Of a DNA stretch of 64,000 bases, positions 27,322-36,410 are shown in pieces. The notes beneath the pieces were generated by a model, which saw only the letters and a program-made list of their open reading frames with translations, was not told the origin of the DNA and made no database searches. Source of the stretch: Nitrospira sp. GTDB taxonomy: Bacteria > Nitrospirota > Nitrospiria > Nitrospirales > Nitrospiraceae. The DNA is taken from the NCBI GenBank assembly GCA_047150005.1, contig AP038806.1:3776001-3840000 (forward strand), given 5' to 3'. Position 1 is the first letter of the stretch; every line of letters starts with the position of its first letter. A program made the translations under genes and the position numbers.

Positions 27322-27859
27322 GCCGTCGATGGTAGTGATCTGCTCGCTGGCGATCGCCCTCGGCGGGGTATGGACCGGATGGTCGGCTGAAGAGCGTGGC
27401 TATGGAGTGGGGCGGCCGGCCACCGATGAAGAGATTCGTGCATGGGACATCGACGTGAATTCGACCGGGGAGGGACTCCCACCGGGACAAGGCACGGTAA
27501 AACAGGGCGCGCACGTGTTTGCATCCAAATGCGCCGTGTGCCACGGCCCGACAGGTATCGAAGGTCCAAAGGACAAACTGGTAGGCGGACAAAACACGCT
27601 GACGGCGGCGAAGCCGCTCAAGACGATCGGCAGTTACTGGCCGTATGCGACCACGCTGTACGACTATATTCACCGAGCCATGCCCTTTACCGCGCCGCAG
27701 TCTCTCACTCCGGATGAGACCTATTCAGTCGTGGCATGGCTGCTCTTCCAGAATAAGATTATCGCAGAGGATACGGTGATTAATGCGCAGACGTTACCCA
27801 CCATACACATGCCGAACCGGAACGGCTTTGTTCAGGATCCACGACCAGACATTCGTTAA
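27293..27859 (+). CDS. soxD: Monoheme cytochrome c (SoxD/SorB-like)
   Basis: CAVCHG, TIGSYWPYATTLYDYIHRAMP, MPNRNGF. Confidence 0.9.
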   Translation: MDTYGTSLSKPSMVVICSLAIALGGVWTGWSAEERGYGVGRPATDEEIRAWDIDVNSTGEGLPPGQGTVKQGAHVFASKCAVCHGPTGIEGPKDKLVGGQNTLTAAKPLKTIGSYWPYATTLYDYIHRAMPFTAPQSLTPDETYSVVAWLLFQNKIIAEDTVINAQTLPTIHMPNRNGFVQDPRPDIR

Positions 27860-28331
27860 ATTTGAGGGAAGAGGAGCGACGGGACCAACCCACATTCTTG
27901 TAGAAACTCACAACCCGATCCATCAAGATTCTATTCAACTCCGCTTGGACGCTGACCAAACACGCAGGGGTTTCACACCTGTTGATATCTTGCAACAACC
28001 TGAGCGCAAACGACTCCTTCTCGGCCGTTGAGAGCTGGGCCAGCTGGGCGAGCGAATTGAAGTACGGCAGCACAGCCAACAGGGTGATCGCTTTGAGCTG
28101 TGCCAATTCTGAAATGCCGCTGGCTGGAGGCTGCGTGAGCGGCAAGAGGGACGCCGTGTCAGATTGAGAATCGGGCCGTATGGTTGCGGGAACGGCCGGC
28201 TCAATCGGAGGAGGTTTCGCCTCAGCATGCGACGAACTCTGTTCACCGTCGCTCTGGGCTGATTGAGCATGGGCGGTGGCCGCGGTCATCGCGAAGACCG
28301 CACCCAAGCACATCAGAGCAGGGTAGGTCAT
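27780..28331 (-). CDS. Hypothetical secreted protein
   Basis: Signal peptide ending AHA; 3' end overlaps soxD by 80 nt. Confidence 0.5.
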   Translation of the reverse strand: MTYPALMCLGAVFAMTAATAHAQSAQSDGEQSSSHAEAKPPPIEPAVPATIRPDSQSDTASLLPLTQPPASGISELAQLKAITLLAVLPYFNSLAQLAQLSTAEKESFALRLLQDINRCETPACLVSVQAELNRILMDRVVSFYKNVGWSRRSSSLKFNECLVVDPEQSRSGSACVWWVTSAH

Positions 28332-28741
28332 AGTTGTTCTTCTCACCACTGCTCTCTAAAGTCCAGCAGATGGCGATTTTTCTGCCGGTGAAGTGCTACC
28401 AGATGTTGGGCGAAGGATGGCGACAGCTGCCGGCCACGGAGAAACCAGAGCAGCATAATCTCGCCAAGGCGATGCCGCGCAATAACAGGGGACACGCTAC
28501 TTGATTGAACAGGCTACGGCAGAACATCGGCCATTTCATCCTCTCTTAACCACCGAAGTGGATCGGTGGTCGTGCAATCGAACACGCTCTTCCCGTAGAA
28601 TAATGAGTACGAACACACGATGCCATGCCTTGTGCAAGGATGGCTCATGACTACGTTCACTGCGCCATGAGTCGTTGCGAGGTGTATTCGCGACAGCCGA
28701 CGAAAACGACCAACCAGTCACACCACCGAGGGGATATCACC

Positions 28742-28921
28742 ATGAAGAATGTTGACATGACTGTGGATGGGACGATGCTGACTATTAAAGTTGATCTCTC
28801 GAAGGAATTTGGACCTTCCGCATCAGGAAAAACCATCATTATCGCTTCGACGGAGGGGAATGTGACGATTCCGAATCGGGAGGAAAAAGTCGGGCTCAAC
28901 GTGTACCGAAAGAAGTCGTAA
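28742..28921 (+). CDS. Small conserved hypothetical protein
   Basis: LTIKVDLSKEFGPSASGKTIIIASTEGN...GLNVY; RBS GAGGGG. Confidence 0.8.
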   Translation: MKNVDMTVDGTMLTIKVDLSKEFGPSASGKTIIIASTEGNVTIPNREEKVGLNVYRKKS

Positions 28922-29027
28922 CAAGCGGCGCAGGTTCCTCCCGACGAACCGGTGTGCGTGTATCGGTCCGGCTCTGGTATGCTCTCCGCAAGGAGAATGA
29001 AACCCATCATGCCGCCTTGCCGAGCGA

Positions 29028-29183
29028 TCACTTATGCGCTTCGCTTTGAGTCGGCCTTTCACCCGCATCCTCTTTCGAGTCCCAGATCCATTCGAGCAGC
29101 GCTGAAACTAGGATCGCGAAGGCTGTCAGAATCACGCCAACAAACAGCACGATAATCAGGCTGCCGGTCCAATCGTGAAACAT
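29028..29183 (-). CDS. Small single-TM protein
   Basis: GGAGGT RBS, one long hydrophobic helix. Confidence 0.55.
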   Translation of the reverse strand: MFHDWTGSLIIVLFVGVILTAFAILVSALLEWIWDSKEDAGERPTQSEAHK

Positions 29184-29589
29184 CGTGCACCTCCCGGCCA
29201 AGAGTCGATGTTCGTCTTCATTATTGTATAGCGGACTCCACATGCTGAAGTCCTGGAACTAACCCTGGCTCGGAAACATCTCCGCCCTGTCCGACACTCG
29301 AACCCTGGAGATACCCCTTGCTCCTTTTTCCTTTTCCGACCACGTCGCGTCGCGTATTATGCCTTCCCTCTTCAATCATGCCGGCCTGATTGATCTGTCA
29401 TCACGCAACAACTGTTTGACCTGCCGCTGCCGACGACGGCGCAGAAATGTCCGTGATCGCAACGCTACGTTCAAGCAAACACAGCTTCCCACGTGTGCGC
29501 CACGGTGACCCCATGATGCTCGCATCTCTGTTTTCTGCAGACATTCGACCACGACCATATTCGTTTACATTGGTGTTTCAGCAAGGGAG

Positions 29590-29841
29590 GTGCGGAGAGA
29601 CTTTGTGTTGGTCGATCCGCAAGACCTGCGGGTCCATCTGGTGGTCGAGGTAGACGATCGGACTCACGAGTCGGAACACCGCCGTCGGCGCGACAGGTTG
29701 GTGGAAGATGTCCTACAACGCGGAGGGGTTAAGCTGGTTCGTATTCCCGCCGCCCGCTCATATGATGTGGCGACTCTTCACCGAGAACTTGGTTTTCTCG
29801 ATGATCGACCAGACGCGCAAACGTCCGCAACGTCGTTCTGA
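29590..29841 (+). pseudogene. DUF2726 (PD-(D/E)XK-like) C-terminal fragment
   Basis: DFVLVDP...VVEVDDRTH...RRDRLVEDVL..GVKLVRI; N-terminal half absent. Confidence 0.65.
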
Positions 29842-29847
29842 GCCGGT

Positions 29848-29900
29848 CTTGAAGATGAGCCTGGATTCCCGCGTTCGCGGGAGTGACGGAATTCTCAAAC
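29848..29900 (+). repeat. 3' part of composite repeat with empty REP
   Basis: ttgaagatgagcctggattcccgcgttcgcgggagtgacggaattc. Confidence 0.85.
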
Positions 29901-29917
29901 CGTTTTCCATTCATCCG

Positions 29918-30400
29918 TCATCGCATCGCGGCGGGCGCACAGTGAAACTCTTCCACGACTGGAAACACGAGCGCAGCAAAGTCCCAGTACCGCATGCGGA
30001 TCGCGTCTGAATGAGTGCCGGCTTCAAAGACAATCTGCTCATCGTCGGTGAGCGACCGATCAACATACACAGGAAGCCCATAGAGGGTGCCGAGAGGCGG
30101 CATCGCGCCCAGCTCGCAGTCCGGGAAGAGTCGTGTGAGCTCCTCCTCGGTTGCGAGCCGCACATGGCGGGTCATGAAGATCTTCCGGAGGCGATGGAGA
30201 TCCACGTTCCAGCTTGCCTGCAGCACCGTCGTCACGAACCGCCCGTCCACCTTCACGATCACAACCTTGGCCATCTCTTGTTCTACTGTATGGAGCGTCT
30301 GAGCGATGGCAGCGGCGCGGAATGTCCGCGTGTGGGGCAACACATCGTAGTGCACGTGTTCACGATCGAGATGGGTTTTGAGTGTTGGTGAAATAGGCAA
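29918..30400 (-). CDS. YbaK/EbsC (aminoacyl-tRNA editing) family protein
   Basis: MAKVVIVK, LATEEEL..LFPDCELGAMPPLG, FEAGTH; TTG start with AGGAGG. Confidence 0.88.
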   Translation of the reverse strand: MPISPTLKTHLDREHVHYDVLPHTRTFRAAAIAQTLHTVEQEMAKVVIVKVDGRFVTTVLQASWNVDLHRLRKIFMTRHVRLATEEELTRLFPDCELGAMPPLGTLYGLPVYVDRSLTDDEQIVFEAGTHSDAIRMRYWDFAALVFPVVEEFHCAPAAMR

Positions 30401-30674
30401 GGCCGCACCTCCTGTAATGGCTGACCACCTGACGGGGGTCGGTGGTAGGTGGTTGAAAAAGACAGGAGACTGTTCGGAAACGATGGGATGATGGTCTGAA
30501 TGTTGTTCATGACCACATCTCCGCGTCGATCATGATGACCGGACCGGCAGTTCCCAGCATTATACCTATTTCGTTTGCAGATGCATGCATTTTTTTTCGT
30601 CACAATCCGACAGGCTGTCGTTCGTTGGTGGGAGGTGCCGTCGGGCAGCAAGGACGAGCGTTCGGGCGATCAGG

Positions 30675-31685
30675 TCATTCCCGCGAAAGCGGGAAGGTGG
30701 AGTCACATTTGAAGTGCAACAGATCACGAGTAAACACCTCGGCCGGTGTCTCATAGTCGAGACACTTGCGCGGGGTGTGATTATACGCCCGCACCAGCGC
30801 CAGCAAGCGGCGGGTGGAGAGCGTGGCCAAGTCAGTTTTCCGGGGGAGGGCACGGCGCATCCGGCCGATACCGTTTTCGATACCCCCTTTTTGCCACGGG
30901 GCATGCGGGTCACAAAAGTAGGTGCGCATGCCGAGCGGGTGCAGCTGATCGTGATACGCGAACTCCGTGCCGTTATCGAACGTGATGGTCCGGCGCAGGG
31001 CCGGAGGCAGGGCGGCAAACAGCGCCGTGAGTCGGGCGGCCACCGGCTGGGCCCCCTTCGTGGGTTGCCGGCTGGCCACCAACACGCGCGAGCGGCGTTC
31101 CTGCGTCACCAGGACCGCCTGGCCATATTTCACAAACAGCATCAGATCGGCCTCCCAATGGCCAGGGTCCTGCCGCTGCTGGATCGCCGCCGGTCGCTCG
31201 CTAATGGGGACGCGGCTGCGGATGTGGTCCACGGCACTGCCGCCTTTGCGCCCCCGCCACCCGCGTTTGCTTTTGCCCCGCGGCAAATAATGCCGCCAGC
31301 GATAGTCTTTCGTCCGGCGGATCTGGCTGGCGATGAAGCGGTAGATCGACTCGGAGCTGATGCGCAGCGCGCAGCCGTCGCGCTTGAGCCGGCCGGCGAC
31401 TTGAGCGGGCGACCAGCCCTGCCCCAACCAGCGCAGGACGTGGGCCTGCAGCGCCGGTTGCCGGAGCAGACGACTCCCGCGCCAGCGGCGGCTGCGGGTC
31501 TGCTCCTGGGCATAGGCAGGCGCATAGCCCACCTGGGCGCCGCGATTGCGCCTCAGTTCCCGCAGAATGGTCGATGGCGCGCGATCCAGAGCTGCTGCAA
31601 TTTGGCGGATGGTTTGCCCGGCTTCGCGAGCCCGGGCAATCGTACACCGGTCTTCCAAGGAGAGCTGCGCATAGTGTCGTCCCAT
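30675..31685 (-). CDS. IS30-family transposase
   Basis: Near-identical to the other two copies. Confidence 0.95.
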   Translation of the reverse strand: MGRHYAQLSLEDRCTIARAREAGQTIRQIAAALDRAPSTILRELRRNRGAQVGYAPAYAQEQTRSRRWRGSRLLRQPALQAHVLRWLGQGWSPAQVAGRLKRDGCALRISSESIYRFIASQIRRTKDYRWRHYLPRGKSKRGWRGRKGGSAVDHIRSRVPISERPAAIQQRQDPGHWEADLMLFVKYGQAVLVTQERRSRVLVASRQPTKGAQPVAARLTALFAALPPALRRTITFDNGTEFAYHDQLHPLGMRTYFCDPHAPWQKGGIENGIGRMRRALPRKTDLATLSTRRLLALVRAYNHTPRKCLDYETPAEVFTRDLLHFKCDSTFPLSRE

Positions 31686-31732
31686 TGCAACACCTTACCC
31701 CACAGGTGTTGCACTTCGTTTGTGAATCTAGG
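30696..31732 (-). mobile_element. IS30-family element type B, copy 3
   Basis: Same IRs, 1037 bp, reverse orientation, same REP target. Confidence 0.93.
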
Positions 31733-31832
31733 GAATCCAGTCAAGATCTTCGAGCCAGTTCCCAAATAGATTCGCGTCGATGTATCCTCGGGGCTGGACC
31801 GATCTCTGGCCGAACCGAAGAGGAGATGCATC

Positions 31833-32138
31833 ATGAAGATGCTGACCATCATCTGCCGTGAACCGTTTGAAGATGAGGTGCTCGGAATTTTCCGCAGGCT
31901 GAAGATTAAAGGCTACACGGTAGTCCACGGGGTAGGCGGCAGCGGGGAAACCGGCGCAGTCTCAGTGACGCACACCTCATCCGACCGGAATAAGCTGCTC
32001 CTCGTGGCGCTCGAGGACGACCGGATGACCACACTCGTGGAAGCCGTGAAGCAATTGCAAGCTGATCTGGTGCACGAACATGCGGGACACCCGGTGCCTT
32101 TCAAGGCCTTCCTCCAGCCCTGCGACCCGATCGTGTAA
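31833..32138 (+). CDS. PII-like (GlnB-fold) protein
   Basis: MKMLTII...KGYTV..GVGGSG.TG pattern, 101 aa; RBS AAGGAG. Confidence 0.7.
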   Translation: MKMLTIICREPFEDEVLGIFRRLKIKGYTVVHGVGGSGETGAVSVTHTSSDRNKLLLVALEDDRMTTLVEAVKQLQADLVHEHAGHPVPFKAFLQPCDPIV

Positions 32139-32405
32139 CCCGGCGAAAGAGATGGGGCCACGACAGATCGAAAAGGCAGGCGATTCACCATACGCGCATT
32201 CAAGACAAAAGGAGGTCCGGACTGTGAACCTTGGAAGGCCTGTTTGGATGTCGACCTGCGTCGTGCTGAGGGTTACACCGTGACGGTAGAGAAAGACGGC
32301 TGCGACCTGGTTGCCCAGAAAACGAAATTGGAATAGAGGAGTGGGAGAGAGATGTGACGGGCCTGTCTCAGCCCGTCCAGATCTCTTCTCGCGACTCGTT
32401 CTCGG

Positions 32406-32765
32406 TTAGTTCGACGAGCCCCCCGCGAAGCGCAGCGGCTTTTCCCCCGTCAGGTTCTGCGGCTGCACAGTATAGTGGCCGGTCATCGCCGGACTCCAGA
32501 TGGCCTTTGCAATGTCCGTATTTCCCCCCGTCATCACCCAGGCGAGTCCTCCCACGATACCGCCCCCGACCGCATACGCGACCTTGACCGCTCCATAGGG
32601 CACGGTCGCCAGCCAACTGGCCGCCTGCAATCCTGCTCCTCCCGGAGTTCCCGAGTCGTCCGCGGCGATCGCGGGTTGCCCTTCCACGGCGATGAGCAGC
32701 GCAATGGCGGTCATGATCGCGACATCCCGCATGCGCCACATCGATGCACGGTTCTGATCTCTCAT
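32406..32765 (-). CDS. Hypothetical exported/membrane protein, Gly-rich
   Basis: GAGGAG RBS, signal-like N-terminus, GGGIVGGLAW helix. Confidence 0.7.
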   Translation of the reverse strand: MRDQNRASMWRMRDVAIMTAIALLIAVEGQPAIAADDSGTPGGAGLQAASWLATVPYGAVKVAYAVGGGIVGGLAWVMTGGNTDIAKAIWSPAMTGHYTVQPQNLTGEKPLRFAGGSSN

Positions 32766-32954
32766 GTGTATCTCCTCGTTGGACTTGGACGGCGATGAAA
32801 CAGGCGCATTATATCTCAATGGCGGCGACCGGCAAATGCGGAGTTCTGAGGTTCTTGAAGAACGGCTGCGCGCCGGCTCCATCGCGGACAACGGCGGCGC
32901 TGAGGGTTTTGCCTACCGGTGACTGGGCGGGTTGTTTCATATAGGATAGCCAGC

Positions 32955-33260
32955 ATGAAGATGCTCACCATTATCTGCCGAGAGCGGTTGCAGGATGCCG
33001 TGGTCCAGGTTCTCAACGGTGCCGGCGTCAAAGGCTACACGGTGATGTCCGGACTGGGTGGAAAAGGCCTCACGGGAACGGTCTCGGAATACAGCTGGAT
33101 GGCGGATCGTAACGTGTCGATCATGACGGCGATCGACGACCAGCAGGTGACGCCGATCACACAGGCGGTGAAGCACCTGTATCTGCGGGAGGTCGAAAAG
33201 CGCGCGGGAGAGGAAGTCCCGCTCAAAGTCTTTCTCCAACCCTGCGAGGTGATTCTCTAA
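32955..33260 (+). CDS. PII-like protein, paralog of 31833-32138
   Basis: Same length; MKMLTIICRE...KGYTV...FLQPC shared. Confidence 0.7.
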   Translation: MKMLTIICRERLQDAVVQVLNGAGVKGYTVMSGLGGKGLTGTVSEYSWMADRNVSIMTAIDDQQVTPITQAVKHLYLREVEKRAGEEVPLKVFLQPCEVIL

Positions 33261-33500
33261 GAATGGCAAACCGATCCACTACCCAATGATCAGAGAGGTT
33301 GACGCCGCGGCTTCCATCCTGTACTGTGAAGCCACATCCCGTGCTCGTAGTGGTCCGGCGAGCGGGAGACTGAATCAATACGGATCTCGCGATCGCATCG
33401 CGGCCAGGTCCTGTTCGGAGCGGACTCTCCTCTTCGCGATCTGCCTCCCCTCGGTTCTCTGATCTTCGTGACTATGCGATCCAACTGAAAGGATAGTGTC

Positions 33501-34730
33501 GTGCAGACGACTGTTCACACGAGTTTTCACGCCCTCGGTTTGTCCGAGGCACTGCTTGGAGACCTGACTCAAGCGGGTTTCCTTCATCCTACGGCCATTC
33601 AGGCCGAGGCCATTCCCCACGCGCTCGCGGGACGCGACGTGCTGGGCTGCGCGCAAACCGGGACGGGCAAGACCGGGGCCTTCGTGATTCCACTGATCGA
33701 ACGCCTGGCGGCGAATCCCACAGATCACCCGCGCGGCCTGATTTTGGCGCCGACGCGAGAGCTGGCGATGCAGATTCAGCACACCATCGATCGCCTCGGC
33801 AAGCACATGCGGATCTTTGCAACCACGTTGGTCGGCGGCGCGGACATGCCGGCGCAGGTGCGGGGACTTCGCCAGCGACCGAACATTCTGGTCGCCACGC
33901 CCGGGCGCCTGCTGGACCATATGTGGAACGGCACCGTAAATCTGCTGCTGATCGACATGTTGGTGCTGGACGAGGCCGACCGGATGCTGGATATGGGGTT
34001 TGCGCCGCAGATCAATCAAATTCTGGATGCCTTGCCGGAACAGCGGCAAACGCTCTTGTTCTCCGCCACCTTACCGACGGACCTGACGCGACTGGTTGAG
34101 GCGAATGTGAAGGATCCGGTCCGTGTCATGGTGACGCCTTCTGCGACGACGGCCGACGGCGTCACGCAGTTGCTCCATCACACCTCGCATGATGGGAAGA
34201 CGGGACTGCTGATCTCGCTGCTCCGAAACGAAACGGAGACGGTCCTCGTTTTTACGGGGACGAAGCACCGCGCCGACCGCCTGGGCCGGGTGCTGGACCA
34301 GGCCGGACACAAGGTCGCCGTGTTGCACGGAGACCGGAACCTCTCACAGAGACGGGCGGCGCTGGAAGGGTTCAAACGCGGGACATTCCGCGTCCTGGTG
34401 GCGACGGATATCGCCGCTCGCGGCATCGATGTGGCGAACATCGGGCATGTCGTGAACTACGATCTTCCGCACTGCCCTGAAGACTACGTCCATCGAATCG
34501 GGCGCACGGCCCGTATGAAGACCACCGGGAGAGCGACGAGCTTTGTCACGGCCGACGATCGGGAACAACTCCGGGCGATCGAACAGTTACTCGGTCAATC
34601 GGTCCCTGTCGCAGCGGGAAGCCCGGCGTCAACCTCCGTCGGTTCCGGTTCGACACCGAGACCGGCTCAGCATCGACAGGGAAGGCACCGGAGACGATCC
34701 GGCTTCCAGCCGAATCTTCCCTGCGCCTGA
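33501..34730 (+). CDS. DEAD-box RNA helicase (RhlE-like)
   Basis: AQTGTGKT, PTRELA, DEAD, SAT, ARGID, HRIGRTAR. Confidence 0.95.
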   Translation: MQTTVHTSFHALGLSEALLGDLTQAGFLHPTAIQAEAIPHALAGRDVLGCAQTGTGKTGAFVIPLIERLAANPTDHPRGLILAPTRELAMQIQHTIDRLGKHMRIFATTLVGGADMPAQVRGLRQRPNILVATPGRLLDHMWNGTVNLLLIDMLVLDEADRMLDMGFAPQINQILDALPEQRQTLLFSATLPTDLTRLVEANVKDPVRVMVTPSATTADGVTQLLHHTSHDGKTGLLISLLRNETETVLVFTGTKHRADRLGRVLDQAGHKVAVLHGDRNLSQRRAALEGFKRGTFRVLVATDIAARGIDVANIGHVVNYDLPHCPEDYVHRIGRTARMKTTGRATSFVTADDREQLRAIEQLLGQSVPVAAGSPASTSVGSGSTPRPAQHRQGRHRRRSGFQPNLPCA

Positions 34731-34976
34731 GGCGGTCCCCCGGCGGCCCCGCTTCCAACGGGGCCGCTCGATGGGTCCCCCTTCTGCGCGCGTTGTCTCG
34801 CGCTCCCTGTGCGGAGCACGATGACGCGGCGCGTCAATCAACCGTTCCCGAGTCGCGTGATATCCGGTCACAGATCGTGACCGGTTTCAGCCGTCGCCGC
34901 TGCATGGGATGGCGGGGTGGTATAGCCGCGGCCATCGCCTTTGTGGTACCTGTACACGTCAGTCGAGAAGCATCCA

Positions 34977-36410
34977 ATGGACCCCGCCGAGCTGCTCAGA
35001 CTCCCTCTGTTCGCCGATCTGTCTCCCGATGAACGGGCCTGCCTCGATCAAGGCGAAACCATCTCCATTCCGACCGGAACCATGATCGCCCGGGAAGGCG
35101 AACCGGTGGAGTACTTCTACGTGATCCTCGAGGGCGAAATCCGCATCAGCAAGAACTACGACAGCCAAGAGGTGGTGCTGGCGGTCCACACGGCTGGAAA
35201 GTTCTTCGGTGAAGTGCCCTTGCTGTTGGACATGCCGTACTTCATCGACGGCCAGGCGCGAACCGCCTGCCGGCTCTTGCGGTATACAAGGGAGCAGTTC
35301 TGGTCCCTGATGCGCACATGTCCATCGGTGGCGAAGGAAGTCTTGCGAACCATGGCGGCGCGACTGCGAGGTCTGGAGGGCTACTCGCAGCAACGTGAAA
35401 AGCTCGTCTCGCTCGGGACCATGGCGGCCGGCCTCGCGCATGAACTAAACAATCCGGCTGCCGCGGCACGCCGGGCCGCTGCTGACTTACTCACCGTCGC
35501 AGGCGGCTTTCCCGCACTCGCCTGTCGTTTGAATCAGCAGCAGCTCTCCACCGCACAGTCCGAGGCGGTCGCAAGGATCCAGCGCGAGATTGCCTCTTGT
35601 CCTCGTCCCACAGTGCCACTAGATCCGCTGACCAGGAGCGATCGGGAGGAAGAGATCATGAGGTGGCTTGAGCAGCATCGCATCCCCGATCCATGGACAC
35701 TGGCCGGTATCCTGGTCGGCGCAGGGCTCGATCGCGCGTGGCTGGAGGGGATCGGGAAGCAGTTTCCCGAGGAGGCGATCGGCGCCGTGCTGGGATGGAT
35801 GACCGGCACCCTGTCGCTGCAGGACTTGACCCAACAGGTCGAGCGAAGCACCAGCCGCATCGCGGAACTGGTCAACGCGGTGAAATCCTATTCGTACGAA
35901 GGCCGCGCCCCCGTTCAGGATATCGATATCCACGAAGGGCTCGAGAGCACACTCACCATGTTGTCCCATAAGCTCAAAGGCGTCACGCTGCAACGAGAGT
36001 ATGATCGGTCGCTCCCGCCCATTCCAGCCCACGGGAATGAGCTCAATCAGGTGTGGACGAATCTCATCGACAATGCGATCGATGCGGTGAGCGGACGGGG
36101 AGAGGTCCGCATCTGCACGAGCCGGGAGGACAATCATGTCCTGGTGGAGATTCACGACAACGGGGCGGGGATCCCGGACAATGTCCAGCGGCACATCTTT
36201 GAGCCGTTCTTTACGACGAAGGGAGTCGGAAAAGGCACCGGACTCGGACTGATCATCAGTTATCGCATCGTGACCGATCGCCACGGAGGAGAGATTGAAT
36301 TTGAATCGGCGCCGGGGCGCACGGTGTTTTGGGTCCGCCTCCCGATGACGCGCAAGCCGAGCAGCGAGCCGCCCCAAAGCGCGGCGGGTCTGACGGAGGG
36401 CCCACCGTGA
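34977..36410 (+). CDS. Cytoplasmic sensor histidine kinase with N-terminal cNMP-binding domain
   Basis: REGEP...ILEG...FFGEVPLL; AHELNNP; NLIDNAIDA, DNGAGI, FEPFFTTK, GTGLGL. Confidence 0.9.
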   Translation: MDPAELLRLPLFADLSPDERACLDQGETISIPTGTMIAREGEPVEYFYVILEGEIRISKNYDSQEVVLAVHTAGKFFGEVPLLLDMPYFIDGQARTACRLLRYTREQFWSLMRTCPSVAKEVLRTMAARLRGLEGYSQQREKLVSLGTMAAGLAHELNNPAAAARRAAADLLTVAGGFPALACRLNQQQLSTAQSEAVARIQREIASCPRPTVPLDPLTRSDREEEIMRWLEQHRIPDPWTLAGILVGAGLDRAWLEGIGKQFPEEAIGAVLGWMTGTLSLQDLTQQVERSTSRIAELVNAVKSYSYEGRAPVQDIDIHEGLESTLTMLSHKLKGVTLQREYDRSLPPIPAHGNELNQVWTNLIDNAIDAVSGRGEVRICTSREDNHVLVEIHDNGAGIPDNVQRHIFEPFFTTKGVGKGTGLGLIISYRIVTDRHGGEIEFESAPGRTVFWVRLPMTRKPSSEPPQSAAGLTEGPP

